From Leucoraja ocellata (taxonomy: Eukaryota): a stretch of DNA of 64,000 nt. Shown here piece after piece: positions 36,919 through 49,337 of this stretch. Position 1 is the first letter of the stretch. Every line of letters begins with the position of its first letter. The notes under the pieces were generated by a model, which saw only the letters and a list, made by a program, of their open reading frames with translations, ran no database searches and was not told where the DNA came from. The stretch is from contig JAWMAR010000063.1 of assembly GCA_036785375.1 (NCBI GenBank), positions 5,766,001 through 5,830,000 of the forward strand. The letters are read 5' to 3'. Position numbers and translations under genes: made by a program.

Positions 36919-37227
36919 TGTGGCACAGTGGTGCAGCGGTAGACTTGCTGCCTTGCAGCACCATAGACCGGGTTCGATCCTGACTACGGGTGCTGTCCAA
37001 ACAGAGCTTGTATGCTCTCCCTGTGACCGCTTGGGTTCTCTCCAGGTGCTCTGGTTTCCTCTCCCATTCGAAAGAAATGCAGGTTGTAGGTTAATTGGCT
37101 TCTGTAAAATTCCTACTGTGTAGGATGCGAAACTGGGATAACATAGAACTAGTGTACGGGTGATCATTGGACGGTGCCAACTCGGTGGGTCGAAGAGTCC
37201 ATTTCTATGCTGTATCTCTAAACTAAA
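36919..37227 (+). mobile_element. tRNA-derived V-SINE (HE1-like)
   Basis: A box tggtgcagcgg, B box ggttcgatcc (36971), tail tgtatctctaaactaaa. Confidence 0.88.
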
Positions 37228-37526
37228 TCTCAAAACAAAATTGAAGTTGTAATTGCTGGCTTGTTAATCAAGACTGTGTTGTGTGAAATATATGCAAGAT
37301 ACTGCATGATATGTATATAAAATAACAAAAAAAAATCTGTTCTGCAAACCGGTGTCTATTCTTGAAGCTGTTCCATGGTAGAGCATAGCTACATTGTAGT
37401 TGTGTTCTGATGCAAATTCCCTTTGACTGAGCAACAATGTAGAGAGAGCCGCTCAGCCAAACTTGACCATTTCTTCCTTTTTCTCATTGGGTTGGAATTT
37501 AAGATCTGTAAATTATTTCACAACAG

Positions 37527-37730
37527 CAACTCCGTGAGTCAATCTCTGAGCACAAGCCTCATATTGATAAGCTAATGAAGATTGGGCCTCAGTTGGTGCT
37601 GTTGAATCCAGATGAAGGCAGAATGGTTCATGAGAAACATACCACGGCAGAAGCACTCTATGCTAAAATAAAGCATGATGCCCGAGAGAGGGCTTTGGCG
37701 TTGGATGAAGCAATTTCACAGTCTGCTCAG
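37527..37730 (+). CDS. MACF1: MACF1 exon ([16 protein letters not shown]...AISQSAQ), 204 nt
   Basis: caacag|CAA ... CAG|gtactt. Confidence 0.95.
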
Positions 37731-38502
37731 GTACTTGCATTTGCATGGGCATGTTTTTTTTATGGGTGTTTCTCAAAAAGGAATCTCGTTGTGTTAGATT
37801 TCCATTCCTGCCGTAACCTATTATAATTTCTCATATTATTGTCCAACATCAGTGCTTTTCTTTAAAATGAGAGATGCACTTCAGAGCGTTTACTCCTTTG
37901 TGATTGATTTTAGGACTATCATAGATGGTAACAAAATAACATGTGAGCAGATGAATGACCGATTCCCCAGGTAGCATGTTCAAAGTATTTGGAACCATTG
38001 ACCAAATAAATTCAATTTCCATTGTAAACCCCACAGGGTTTTCCTATACTGTAGTGAATATAGATATGCATTGGATTTCCTTCAGTTGAAGACATCTTTA
38101 TGTCATTTTAAAATAGCTATTGATATATACTCAATCCTTCCATCAGTGGAGTATTGTAAGTTGACCATAGTATGACACGTTGTTCTGTCTGGATATTAAT
38201 AGTAATGAAAGCAAAATTGAGGAAGGACGCCCGCCTAATAGAATAAAAAGCACATTGTGGAATCCGTCTTTCTAGTAGTATAGAAACACTACAACATAAC
38301 ATTGGTCATGTTTGTAAGTTGTATTCATTCCATGTTTGTCCTGTTTAAGACACTCCCGTGTGTTATCCCTTGACAGTTTTCTCATACTAATATGTCGTTT
38401 GTTTTCCATTCCGCCCACCTCGTGGAATTAAATATTTATTTGCCGACACGTCCTGCTACGTTGTGTTTTATTGTTGTGTTCATCACATCATCCACTCATT
38501 AG

Positions 38503-38511
38503 TTTGATGAG
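38503..38511 (+). CDS. MACF1: candidate 9-nt MACF1 microexon (Phe-Asp-Glu)
   Basis: cattag|TTTGATGAG|gtaagc; phase 0-0; 124-nt AG-free zone upstream with TACTAAT at 38385-38391. Confidence 0.75.
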
Positions 38512-39295
38512 GTAAGCGGAACTCCTTGCACGCTCGCTTCTGCCGCACATAAGGGTTGCTTTTCTGCTCTGTTTTCTAGTTAGGTCTGCTGTTCACTAAC
38601 GCTGATCACTGAATAGCTGCGTTGGAGATAGAGGGCAAAACCTGCACATTTGCTATGTGCATTTATTCTTAATAGGGTGCTTATTCTTTTAAAACGTAAT
38701 TGTTCAATTGAAATTTGCTACATTTTAAAAAACAAAGTGGGCTGCTTTGCAATGTGTAATTTGAGCTTGTTAAAGAATTTCCATCATTTTTAATACTCAG
38801 TAAATTTTTGGCATTATCTAAATGTCTTTTGTCTATGATTCTGTTGGAGTGCCCAAATTTGATGGAAATGCCTCGTTTAACAGCCTTTAGGATGGGCTTG
38901 GGTCCAACTTCAAAATAAAAAGGCCTCTGTGGAATAAAATAAAGATTTCATTTTCACTTCTCATGCTTACAGACTGTTGAGATTTGACTGCCTAATTATT
39001 GTTAGGTTCTGGACTCTATCTGTTTCTAATATCGTTAAGATCTACTCAGATTGATTTAAGTTTGACCTCTTTTGTGATATGAGAAAGCAAAGTTTTCTCC
39101 CAAACATATGGATTTAATTTGAACCTGGATCTCGGGGTGAAAAAAAACGTTTCAAGCCCGAGTTATTATAAACACAGACATTTTTTTCTGACCTACATTT
39201 TTGTTCAAAATGGCGTAGGCTCTTCTAAATCTTTTTATGGCTCCCTTGTTGTCTGTGATTGACAAGGATTTAACTTGACTTCATCGATTGTTCCA

Positions 39296-39530
39296 CAAGA
39301 CATGGGAGCAGATTTAGGTCATTTGGCCCATCAAGTCTGCTCTGCATTCGATCTGTGGAACCTTAAAGGCATCATAGAGTCATACAGCATGGAACAGGCC
39401 CTTTGGCCAACTTGCCCACACTAACCCCATCAGCACTAGTCCTACCAGCCTATAACCTTTTAAACCTGCCCTGTCCACATTCCAGTCCAAATATTTTTTT
39501 AATGTTGTGATAGTACCTGCCTCAACTACA
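39296..39530 (-). mobile_element. adjacent CR1-type LINE 3' fragments
   Basis: caagacatgggagcagatttaggtcatttggccc and catagagtcatacagcatggaacaggccc tails. Confidence 0.55.
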
Positions 39531-39854
39531 GGTCAGGAGTCCAAGCCACAGAGTATAGGTCTGAATTTAATGATGAATAGATGCCCAGAGATTTAACACT
39601 TCTTTATATATGCATGTTTGCAAATTCTAAACTTGCTGCGATATATGTGGAGAAAATCTTGCAGGTCTGTCAGAACTTATCTTACTCTGTCCATTTTTCT
39701 GAAATCATACTGTAAAATGAGGCTGTTTACTGCTCAGTTAGAAATGAGACCCTTTCAAAGCAAATGGTAATTCTGAGAAAATCCTCAGACAATGCCAACA
39801 ACCACCTCTTAAAGCTATCTCTAAAGTCTCAACTCGTGTTTTTGGTCTGTTTAG

Positions 39855-40086
39855 TTTCATGACAAGATTGATCCAATGCTGGAGTCTCTGGGGCACATTG
39901 CTGACCGAATGAGGACGCCTCCCTCCATACCAGCTGAGGTTGAGAAAATCCGAGAGCACATCAATGAGAATAAAAATATTGCAATGGAGCTCGAAAAACT
40001 CCAGCCATCTTTTGAAGCTCTCAAACGTCGTGGTGGGGAACTGATCAGTCGGTCATCTGGAGCAGAAGAGGATCCTGCAGCTAAAT
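39855..40086 (+). CDS. MACF1: MACF1 exon (FHDKIDPMLESL...EEDPAAK), 232 nt, phase 0-1
   Basis: gtttag|TTT ... AAAT|gtaatg. Confidence 0.93.
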
Positions 40087-40554
40087 GTAATGAACTTTAC
40101 ATTAATGTCCAAATATGTATCTATAATTAGATGTCTGTTTGCTATTGATAAAGCTTCTGTTACTCCATGCATCTCAAACTGATGAAGATAAATGACCCAG
40201 CTTCTGGATTTCAAATTACCATTTTATGATGTTCTTAAAAAATTTGGGTCCAAATTCCTTAATCTGTCTGGCATATGTTAAAGCCAAAGTACAAAATATA
40301 CAGTTTCCCATTGTAATTGAAATGGTATGTTGAGAGATCAAACAACCTGACCATTATCATGTCTATTATTCTGAAATATATAGGGCAATTAGGAAGGTAA
40401 AATATGTCACCTGATTTTTTACTTTTAAATGTTTGGTATTAGTTTGATAGATTACATATGTTTGCTTCAAATCTTCATTGGATAGAATGCAGGAGGTATG
40501 ATTGAATGAAAAGCCTGAACTTCATACAGGTCTAAAACTATCTCAGAACATACT

Positions 40555-40676
40555 AAAGTCAGAAGCAGGGTCCCGCCATGAAACATCACCTGCCCATTTC
40601 CCCCCAGAGATGCTGCTTCACCTGCTGAGTTACAACAACACTTTTTGATTTACTAAAGATTCCAGCATCAGTGGAT
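40555..40676 (+). mobile_element. degenerate Penelope-type terminal repeat
   Basis: agaagcagggtcccgccatgaaacatcacc...agagatgctgc...ctgagttac. Confidence 0.55.
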
Positions 40677-41500
40677 CCATATGACTCCGTACTAAGGTCC
40701 TGTATCAGTTTGAATTATCTGTGGTCATTGTTCAAATATGAAGCAGCATTTACCCCGCACACATGATTGATGTGAATGAACATGTTATATTTGGTTTTAA
40801 TATTCAACTAAATAAAACTTGCTCATTAAATTAATCCAAAGTGAAACTCTCCTATTCAGTTAATAAGAATTGCATACATGAATGTATTTTCATGCTGGTG
40901 ATAGTTAGTTTATCACGTTCTAACTAATGTGAAGATAAAGAGAAGAAAAAGCTCTGCACCTCTGATTTAGGGAGATAAAATTGCTGTTAATCTGCTTTGC
41001 TTTCAGTGACAGAAGGCAAACCATACTTTTGTGCTGCAATTATGAATTATTTACTTTTTTAGAATCTCTCAGCTGGGGGAAATCTCTAGAACTGTGTATT
41101 TAAATAGATTGAACAGTAATATACAATTACTAAATAATAATGTGTCTATGAAGCATAATTAACGTGGCTTCCTAGAGGTGTTTCCAAACTAAATGCCCCA
41201 TGAGGTGTAAGGGTAGATCAACAAAATTTTAGTCAAGAGATATAGACATTAAAGAGAGTTTTTAAGGAGCGTGGTGGGTAGAAATGTGGGAAGTTTCATG
41301 AAGAGAATTTCAGAGTTGAAGGCCTTAACAACTGAAAATCCAGGAGACATTGATGGAACATTTTACGTGCCGGTAGTTAGGCTATAATGCCATAGTTACA
41401 TTACGAAGGAACCCGGGTATATTAAATAGTCACGTAATTAACAGAACATGCTGTAGTTGCCTTCTAAGAACGGATTTAAACAGGTTTTCACAATCACAGT

Positions 41501-42090
41501 TCCCAAACTGCCTATAACCCACTGGGGCCCCAGTTTCTGCACTCCCTTTAACAAACTGGGACCCTGGTCCCCACGCTTCCTATAACACTAGGGCCCTGAT
41601 TCCCATGCTCCCTTTAACACACTGGGGCCCCAGTTTAGTGTTTAGATTAGTTTACAAATACAGCACGGAAATAGGCCCTTTGGGCCACCAAGTCCGCACT
41701 GACCAGCGATCCCCGCACATTAACACTGCCCTACACACCCTAGGGACAATTTTACATTTATATCAAGCCAATGACCCTGCAAACCTGTACGTCTTTGGGG
41801 TGTGGGAGTAAACCAAACATCTCGGAGAAAACCCACGCAGGTCATGGGAAGAACACAGAGAATCTCCGTACAGACAGCATCTGCGGTCAGGATTGAACCC
41901 AGGTGCTATAAGGGGGTAACACTACCGCTACGCCACTGTGCCGCCCACACTTCTTGTAACACTGGGGCTCCGGTTCCCATGCTTCCTGTAACACACTGGG
42001 GCCACGGTTCTCATCCTTCCAATCATACTGGGGCCTGTGCCTTCACTCCATTCATATTCACCCGTGCTCCAGTTCCTGTACTCCCTTTAA
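41501..42090 (+). repeat. degenerate ~33-35-bp minisatellite interrupted by a SINE
   Basis: Units like cccatgctccctttaacacactggggccccagtt, ~4 on each side of the SINE. Confidence 0.7.
41633..41946 (-). mobile_element. tRNA-derived V-SINE (HE1-like)
   Basis: Reverse complement of the 61084-type SINE. Confidence 0.85.
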
Positions 42091-42371
42091 ACTCATCAGT
42101 TGAGAAAATCTGTCAGTCCATAACCACCAAATTCCCCAAGTGTAGCGGATTAACAGATCTTTACTTGGAGGCATGTTGTACAATTTAGGAGTGACCTCCC
42201 CAACTTTTGATGGGATTCTGTAAAATTAGAATTAACAAAACAATTCACAGATTAAATCAAATAAAAACTGGTAATCCTAGAAATCCAGAATAAAAACTGG
42301 AAACACTCAGGAGGTTAGGCCACACTTGGGGGAAAGAGAAGAGATAATGTTAAACAGATACTGCCTTTATT

Positions 42372-42696
42372 TTTAGTTTAGTTTAGAGATACAGCATGAA
42401 AACAGGCCCTTCTGCCCACTGTCCTCACTGACTACCAATCACCCGTTCACAGTAGTTCTATGTTATCCCACTGTCACACTCATTCCCTACACACTAGGGG
42501 CAATTGTTAGAAGCTAATTAACCTACTAACTCGCACGCCTTGGGATGTGGGAAGAAACTGGAGCACCCGGGGGAAACCCACGCGATCACAGGGAGAACAT
42601 GCAAATTCCACACAGACTTCACCCAAGGTTGGGATGGAACCCAGGTCTCTAACGCTGTGAGGCAGCTGCTCTGCCAGCTGTGCTACTGTGCCGCCC
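42372..42696 (-). mobile_element. tRNA-derived V-SINE (HE1-like)
   Basis: tttagtttagtttagagatacagcatg...ctgtgccgccc. Confidence 0.88.
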
Positions 42697-42863
42697 ATAT
42701 CTTGTCTCCCCTGCTGACTGTTTCCAGCATTTTCTACCTTTAGCACAGTTACTTAGATAATTCTTTTGAAGTTTGAATGTGCAATGCTCTTACCTCAGGA
42801 GCAGAAATGCCAGCCTAAAAATTCTAACTTGCTTTGTTTTCCTCCCATTTACTGTTCAATTAG

Positions 42864-43090
42864 CTATTCAAGACAAGTTGGATGAGATGACATTTTACTG
42901 GGATGATATCAAAGCTCGTGGCGAAGAGAGGGATAATAAGCTTCTGGATGTACTTGACCTTGCTGAGAAGTTCTGGTATGATATGGCTGCCCTACTGACT
43001 ACCATTAAGGACACCCAGGAAATAGTGCGAGACCTGGAGAGTCCTGGTATTGATCCGTCAATCATTAAACAACAGCAGGAGGCTGCAGAG
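42864..43090 (+). CDS. MACF1: MACF1 exon ([12 protein letters not shown]...QQQEAAE), 227 nt, phase 1-0
   Basis: caattag|CT ATT ... GAG|gtatgg. Confidence 0.94.
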
Positions 43091-43276
43091 GTATGGAGAT
43101 GGTTCAAGTGCAGAAAACCTTACAGTACAATTTTGAACGATGAATAACCATATTGATCGTGTCCAGCTATTTCTCTTGTTCATATCACATAGACCAACTG
43201 ACTTTCTCAAACATTGAATGGTAACATGTTACCACAGTGAATTGCTAATGATTTTGTGAAAATATGTTGATTTCAG

Positions 43277-43399
43277 ACAATTAAAGAGGAGACTGATGGA
43301 CTTCACGAGGAACTAGAATTTGTGCGAATCTTGGGAGCAGACCTCATCTTTGCCTGCGGGGAATTCGAAAAACCTGAAGTGAAAAAGAGTATAGATGAG
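43277..43399 (+). CDS. MACF1: MACF1 exon (TIKEETDGLHEELEF...KKSIDE), 123 nt
   Basis: tttcag|ACA ... GAG|gtgaaa. Confidence 0.94.
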
Positions 43400-43642
43400 G
43401 TGAAATATGAATGGATATAATAAATAATTAGGTTGGATTGTATGGTATTAAATGTACCAGAACGTTTTTAAAAGACCAATTTAAAAAAGGAAGAAGGTAT
43501 GTCAGGTGGTAATCAACAATTGAATGGCTAAATAAATATTGTAACATAAGCAGTGAATCCTAATGAAACATAAAGCAAGAGGAGGGCTTACTGCCTGCAC
43601 TGCCATTTAATAAGATTGCAGGTGACTTTGTGTTTAATCCTA

Positions 43643-44204
43643 AAGCCCCTGTCCCACTTTCACGACCTAATTGGCGACCTCTGCCGAGTTTGCCCTTGAC
43701 TCGTACTCGCAGCATGGTCGCCACAAGGTCGTAGGAGGTCTTCATGCTTGTGAGTGGTCTCCGTGTACTCATGGCCTCAAGTAGGTCGCGGCATTTTTCC
43801 AGCTTGTTAAAAAATGTCCACGAGTAAAAAAAAAAGGTTGGCATGGAAAAAAACGATACTTTTTACTCGTAGGTAGGTTGTAGGTAGGTCGTAGTAGGTC
43901 ATGATGGTAGTCGTAGATAGTCGTAGGTAGTCGTAGGTCGGTAACTGGCCTGAGAAAAAAAATCAAACATGACATTTTATCATATGATAATTTTCCACTC
44001 GTAGCTAGTCGTAGTCGGATTTAGGTGTGGAAGACTGGGGTCGAGGGGGGTCGTAGGAGGTCGTAGACATACTCGTAGGAGGTCGTAGACGTAGTCGTAG
44101 AAGGTCTTTTACTTTGGCGAGTCAACACGACCTTGACATTTTTTTCAACTCGTCCAGGGTCTTTTAAACTCGTGGATTAGGTGGTCCAAGTGGGACAGGC
44201 CCTT
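43643..44204. mobile_element. MITE, PIF/Harbinger-like, nested in an old CR1 fragment
   Basis: ta|aagcccctgtcccact...agtgggacaggccctt|ta; internal gtcgtag repeats; CR1-like sequence on both flanks (~43565-44660). Confidence 0.78.
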
Positions 44205-44710
44205 TAGTCATTGTCCTCACGAACCACACATCTCTTTTGCCCCCTTAAAGTCTTAAAAATCTATGGATTTGTCATGAATATAATCACTGACTGATCCTCC
44301 ACAGAAATTCCAAAGATTTATGATCCACTAGGTCAAGGCCTTGCTTCTCGTGTCTTTTGGCATTGTTGACCCCTGTTCTAAACATCCCAACCAGAGGAAA
44401 CATCAGCTTTGCATTCACAATGCCAAGTCCTGCATGGACTGAGATCATCTCTTATTCTTTTAAACATGAGTGAACAAACTTTTTGATCCGTTTCATCTCT
44501 TGTCATACGAATAACTTACCGTAATTGGAATTGATCAGATGAATCTTCACTGCGCTCCCTTAATCACAAATATATCCTTCCTTGGGTAGACACACCAGAC
44601 CTTTATCCAGTATTCCAAATATAAATACATCAGAGCAATTGGAGCAAGACTTGTACTGAAATCCACTTCTGAAAGTACTAGTGGTGGATAGCCCAGTGGC
44701 ACAGCCGGTA

Positions 44711-44990
44711 GAGAAACAAGCCCTTCGGCCCACCGAGTCTGCGCCGACCAGCGATCCCCACACACTAACACTATCCTACACACACTAGAGACAATTTACA
44801 ATTGTACCAATTAACCGACAAACCTGTACATTTTTGTAGTGTGGGAGGAAAATGGAGATCCCGGAGAAAACCCATGCAGGTCTTGGGGAAAACATACAAA
44901 CTTCGTACAGACAAGCACCAGTAGTCGGGATCGAACCCGGGTCTTTGGCGCTGTAAGGCAGCAATTCTACTGCTGTGCCACCTTGCCACC
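44711..44990 (-). mobile_element. tRNA-derived V-SINE (HE1-like)
   Basis: B box (ggatcgaacc on + strand), V-domain, tail. Confidence 0.85.
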
Positions 44991-45079
44991 CCAATACATT
45001 TTGGAAGATTTTACTGGATTAAAAGCACCGCGTTACAGTGTTGCCATTCTTATAGATTATTTATTTTAAATATTTCTAG

Positions 45080-45181
45080 CTTAATAACACTTGGGATAAC
45101 CTGAATAAAACTTGGAAGGAGCGAATGGACAAACTAGAAGATGCCATGCAAGCTGCTGTCCAATACCAAGATGCATTGCAA
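45080..45181 (+). CDS. MACF1: MACF1 exon ([15 protein letters not shown]...YQDALQ), 102 nt
   Basis: ttctag|CTT ... CAA|gtaagg. Confidence 0.94.
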
Positions 45182-45271
45182 GTAAGGACTGCTTTGCATA
45201 AAATCTAATTATATGCAAATATGGTGCTAATGTGGATGATGGTTCCTAATTTGATCATTCTGACTTTTTAG

Positions 45272-45373
45272 GCAATGTTTGACTGGCTGGATAACACTGT
45301 AATAAAACTGGGAGAGATGTCTCCAGTTGGCACAGATATCAATACAGTAAAGCAACAAATAAATGAAATGAAG
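45272..45373 (+). CDS. MACF1: MACF1 exon ([13 protein letters not shown]...QINEMK), 102 nt
   Basis: ttttag|GCA ... AAG|gtaggt; preceded by a 90-nt intron. Confidence 0.94.
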
Positions 45374-45811
45374 GTAGGTAAATGTTACAGGATTATACTG
45401 AACCAGCCCACCATTTTAGAAAAGCAGTATGAAAAGATAAAAAAATAGTTCTCTACTTTTGCTTCTTCTGTTATTTTTTTTCAACCATTTAATAGTTTCC
45501 ATTTAAAATATAATATTCCATTTATGTATTTATGATGTCTGCCAAATATTCCTTGTTAAATTATGTAATTGATTTAGCAGCAAACAGCTAAAGCACAAAG
45601 TGAAAGGTTTGTGCTGATTTTTGGCCCTCCTGGGACTCAGCAGTTATTATTATAGCGTGAGAGAAGAAAATGCCGAGATGACAAATGATCACAGTATCAG
45701 ACGCTCAAGGTCTTGACAAAAGTTGTATGAGCTGGCTTCATGGTATGATATTGAGCCTTGAAGGCTTTGTTCAGCTTTGCTGTTGGGGAGACCAACATAT
45801 TATAGCAAAAT

Positions 45812-46012
45812 AAAAGACACGGAGTGCTGGAGTAATTTAGGTGGTCAGGCAGCATCTCTGAAGAACATGGATAGATGACATTTCGGGTTGAGTCTTTTGA
45901 AGCTTTCCAACCTGAAAGGTCACCTATTCATGTTCTTCACAGATGCTGCCTGACCCACTGAGTTGCTCCATCACTTTATATATTTTTGTGTAAAGCAGCA
46001 TCTGCAGTTCCG
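45812..46012. mobile_element. palindromic Penelope-derived terminal repeat
   Basis: gtgctggagtaa...ggcagcatct...atttcgggttg / caacctgaaaggtcacctattcatgttc...agatgctgcctgacc...gcatctgcagttcc. Confidence 0.65.
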
Positions 46013-46217
46013 GTTGATTCTACAATCTTCTTAATATTGTAACAACATGCCAACAGCTCGAGAAAGAATAAGGGGAAATATTGGTGGAAAAAGTAGGAAA
46101 GAAAAACAGTCTCTCATTTGGTCGCCATGATTTAAAAATTGTTGCATTCTTACCTGTATAAAATTAGTTTACCAGTGTGGATGGCACGTAACGTTCCCAT
46201 TGTGTTTCTTGCCACAG

Positions 46218-46391
46218 GAATTTAAAATGGAGGTTTACCAGCAACAAATCGAGATGGAAAAGCTGAACCACCAGGGGGAGCTCCTACTGAAGAAAGCGTC
46301 AGATGAGACTGATCGCGACATCATTCAACAACCACTCAAGGAACTCCAACATCTGTGGGAAAATCTGGGAGAGAAGATCATTAACAGACAG
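46218..46391 (+). CDS. MACF1: MACF1 exon (EFKMEVYQQQIEMEK...KIINRQ), 174 nt
   Basis: ccacag|GAA ... CAG|gtatta. Confidence 0.95.
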
Positions 46392-46439
46392 GTATTAGAG
46401 GGCCGACTATAACCCAAATCTATATATGTTGCCAACATA

Positions 46440-46758
46440 CAAACTGCAAAACACCTATAAACACCAGATTCGGGACAGTTTCTTCCCAGCTGTTATCAGG
46501 CAACTGAATCGTCCTACCACAACCAGAGAGCAGTGCTGAACTACTATCTACCTCTTTGATGACCCTCAGACTATCCTTGATTCGACTTTGCTGGCTTTAT
46601 CTTACACTAAACGTTATTCCTTTATCATGTATCCACAGCATACACCGTAAAGGGTTAGATTGTAATCATGTGTTGTCTTTCTGCAGGCTGGTTAGCTCGC
46701 AACAAAAGCTTTTCACTGTACCTCAGTAAATGTGACAATAAACTAGACTGAACTGAAC
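46440..46758 (+). mobile_element. Rex1/Babar-type LINE 3' end
   Basis: ...DSFFPAVIRQLN, then tail aaaagcttttcactgtacctcag...gtgacaataaact; tail fragments also at ~5930-5970 and ~7385-7445. Confidence 0.7.
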
Positions 46759-47196
46759 CTTGCAGATGAGGGAGGCATATTTGAAAGGAAATGGCCCAAA
46801 ACACTTGTGAAATCAATTTAGTTCTTCAACCCAAAGAGTTGTTATATATTGAAAGCATTGGAGGGGAAATTATACATTTTATGAATTGTTATATTTTGAA
46901 AGGATGGAGGGAAATTATAATACATTAAACTGACAAAGTTCCAGATTGTGAAGTAGTTTATTTTATCAAATAATTATGAAACATTCAAAGTGATGCCTTC
47001 ATCTCGTATTTAATCCCTCCTGATAGTAATGATCAGCAACTAATATTCTGAGACTATGACTTGAATTGTAGTGGGAATGATGGCAATGGCTATGGCATTA
47101 CATATTTATTATCCCATGCAGACATCTAAAAGATGCTGTGAATTAATTAGTGCTCCTCTACAGCTTGTGCTTTCTTGCAGCCTTTTCAACCGCAGT

Positions 47197-47500
47197 CTAG
47201 TGTAGAGATGCAGCATGGAAACGGGCACCATCAGCCCACCAAGTCAACACTGACCATTGGTCACCTGTTCACACTACTTTTATGTTATCCCACTTTCGCA
47301 TTACTCCCTACGCACTAGGGGTAGTTGACAGAGGCCCATTTAACCTACAAAGCCACACGTCTTTGGGATGTGGGCGGAAACCGGAGCACCCGGAGTAAAC
47401 CCACGTGGTCACAGGTAGAGAGTGCAAACTCAACACAGACAACACCCAAGGTCAGGATCGTGTAACGCAGCAGTTCTACCAGCCGCACCACCGTGCACCC
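47197..47500 (-). mobile_element. tRNA-derived V-SINE (HE1-like)
   Basis: Same head, V-domain and tail. Confidence 0.82.
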
Positions 47501-48339
47501 AGGAGAAGTTAATGACCCTGGTGTGAATTTGGGGTAGTTACAAAGGAGAACCGCTATGAAATTAAAAGCTTGCACTTTGTTGCATGAGATGTAAATGGGT
47601 TTTAATGGCATACTAATCAATAATTATTATTGTTTAGCAAACCCTTGATCCTGATAGAACTGATTTTATGGACGTGGCCCATGGTTCCCTCAAGCGCTTC
47701 ACATTACAAGCTTTCAAAATAAATTTTCCCTTTTAAAAACGTAATTTAAAAATTTAGCATTTTGCTTACGCGCATGCGGTTTGGGTGAATTCTAACCATT
47801 GGCCTTTGAGCCATCAACAACAAAGTCAGGGTTTCCTTTGACCCGATAGCAGCAGATGCTGGAAAACAGGGAAGATCTCACCCCATAGACGGTTAGTTCT
47901 TTGTGAAAAACATTGAGGTCAGTAGACAATATATTGCTTCATTGCCGATTTCAAAGTGCCGACAAATGGAAAAGAGAAGTAAAAGGTGCTGTTGGACATG
48001 TCTTATTAGCACTCAGAGCAGTTTGTAGAACGTGAACACAATCAAACTAGTGTGCTGGGCTGCCACTGTTCAGTCACTGGGATTAGAACCATCACTGTCT
48101 GTCTGTCTCGTTACTGTAAAATGTACTGCTGTGGCTGATGAGCACAATGAGCATATCAGCCGAAGCAGTCCCCAACAGGTTTGAATAATCAGTACCCAAT
48201 AGGTTTTTATTCGCATTAGTCATTATTTTATAAGCTCAATCCGAACAGTCTTTTGGAAGATTTTCCTGAGACCATGATGTAAGACTTGTTCTGCCTGCTT
48301 GTATTTTGTGAGTGATTGTGAATTTACTTTTCTCCACAG

Positions 48340-48495
48340 CACAGGGTGGAGGGTGCACTCTTGGCACTGGGTCAGTTTCAGCATGCACTGGCTGAACTTG
48401 TGGCATGGCTGAATCATACAGAGGAGCTTCTGGAAGGACAAAAACCAATCACTGGAGATCCAAAGGCCATAGAAATTGAACTGGCAAAGCACCAC
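48340..48495 (+). CDS. MACF1: MACF1 exon ([15 protein letters not shown]...ELAKHH), 156 nt
   Basis: ccacag|CAC ... CAC|gtaaat. Confidence 0.94.
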
Positions 48496-49337
48496 GTAAA
48501 TACAACATTCATTATACCAAGTAGATTGAATTATCTGCTTGCAAAATAGCCATGTATATTATTGTTGATATATCATTATACCTTATACAAAATATAATCT
48601 AGCCATGTATATTATATATTGTATTTAATCAATACAAATGTATTAGCTGATTAAATAAAGAAAATGTTTAACTTGTTTATAAGGTAACTGAACCTGGAAT
48701 GGTACCATTTGACGCTGCCGTTTCGGCGTCTCCGTTTTGGCGCCAAAAAGTACCCAACCCAACTGAACCGTCCCCTCACCAGCCAGAGTGAGATCCCTTT
48801 ACAGTGCTGGCAGCATAGTGGAGAGAGGCAGTTCCTCCAGATTCCAGCAATTGTTGTATCTTGTGATCACTTTTTTAAAATTTTGAATTAAAGAGAGGGG
48901 AAGAATTCATATTTGCTGAAGATCCATTTATTTATAAAGGAGATGAGGAATTGGGAGGGTACTTCAAGAGTAAAGCTGATGGCTGAAGGAGGTTCTACAT
49001 CAGTGATGAGAGCCAATTATGCTGACAGGATAGATTTTGCACATGTGTTAGAGGAGGAAAGGTTAGCTGTGATGAATGACGGATGGATTTAGATTGCAAC
49101 CTGATTGAGATGATAGTGTTTTCTACAAGTTGGAACTTGTGAATGATGACAATAAGGGATGAGAGGAGACCAGTCACAAATGGCCTCCTCTTCAGAAATG
49201 CTGATAATCTGCAAATTTTTAGCATTTGTGAAGAGAAGGCCATCTGATTCATGAATCTTAATTTAAGTAAAGATCTGCTGGAGCTAGCAAAGTAGGCTGG
49301 GAATATTGTATTAAATGAAACTGTAATATCTCCATAG

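Noticed and set aside
36919-36990. tRNA genes
   Set aside because: The A/B-box regions are SINE heads that continue into V-domain and LINE-derived tail.
41501-42090. CRISPR-like array
   Set aside because: Units are adjacent and degenerate with no unique spacers; vertebrate intron; no cas genes.
48335-48345. Alternative acceptor at the second CACAG
   Set aside because: A 5-nt shift would frameshift the exon; no support.
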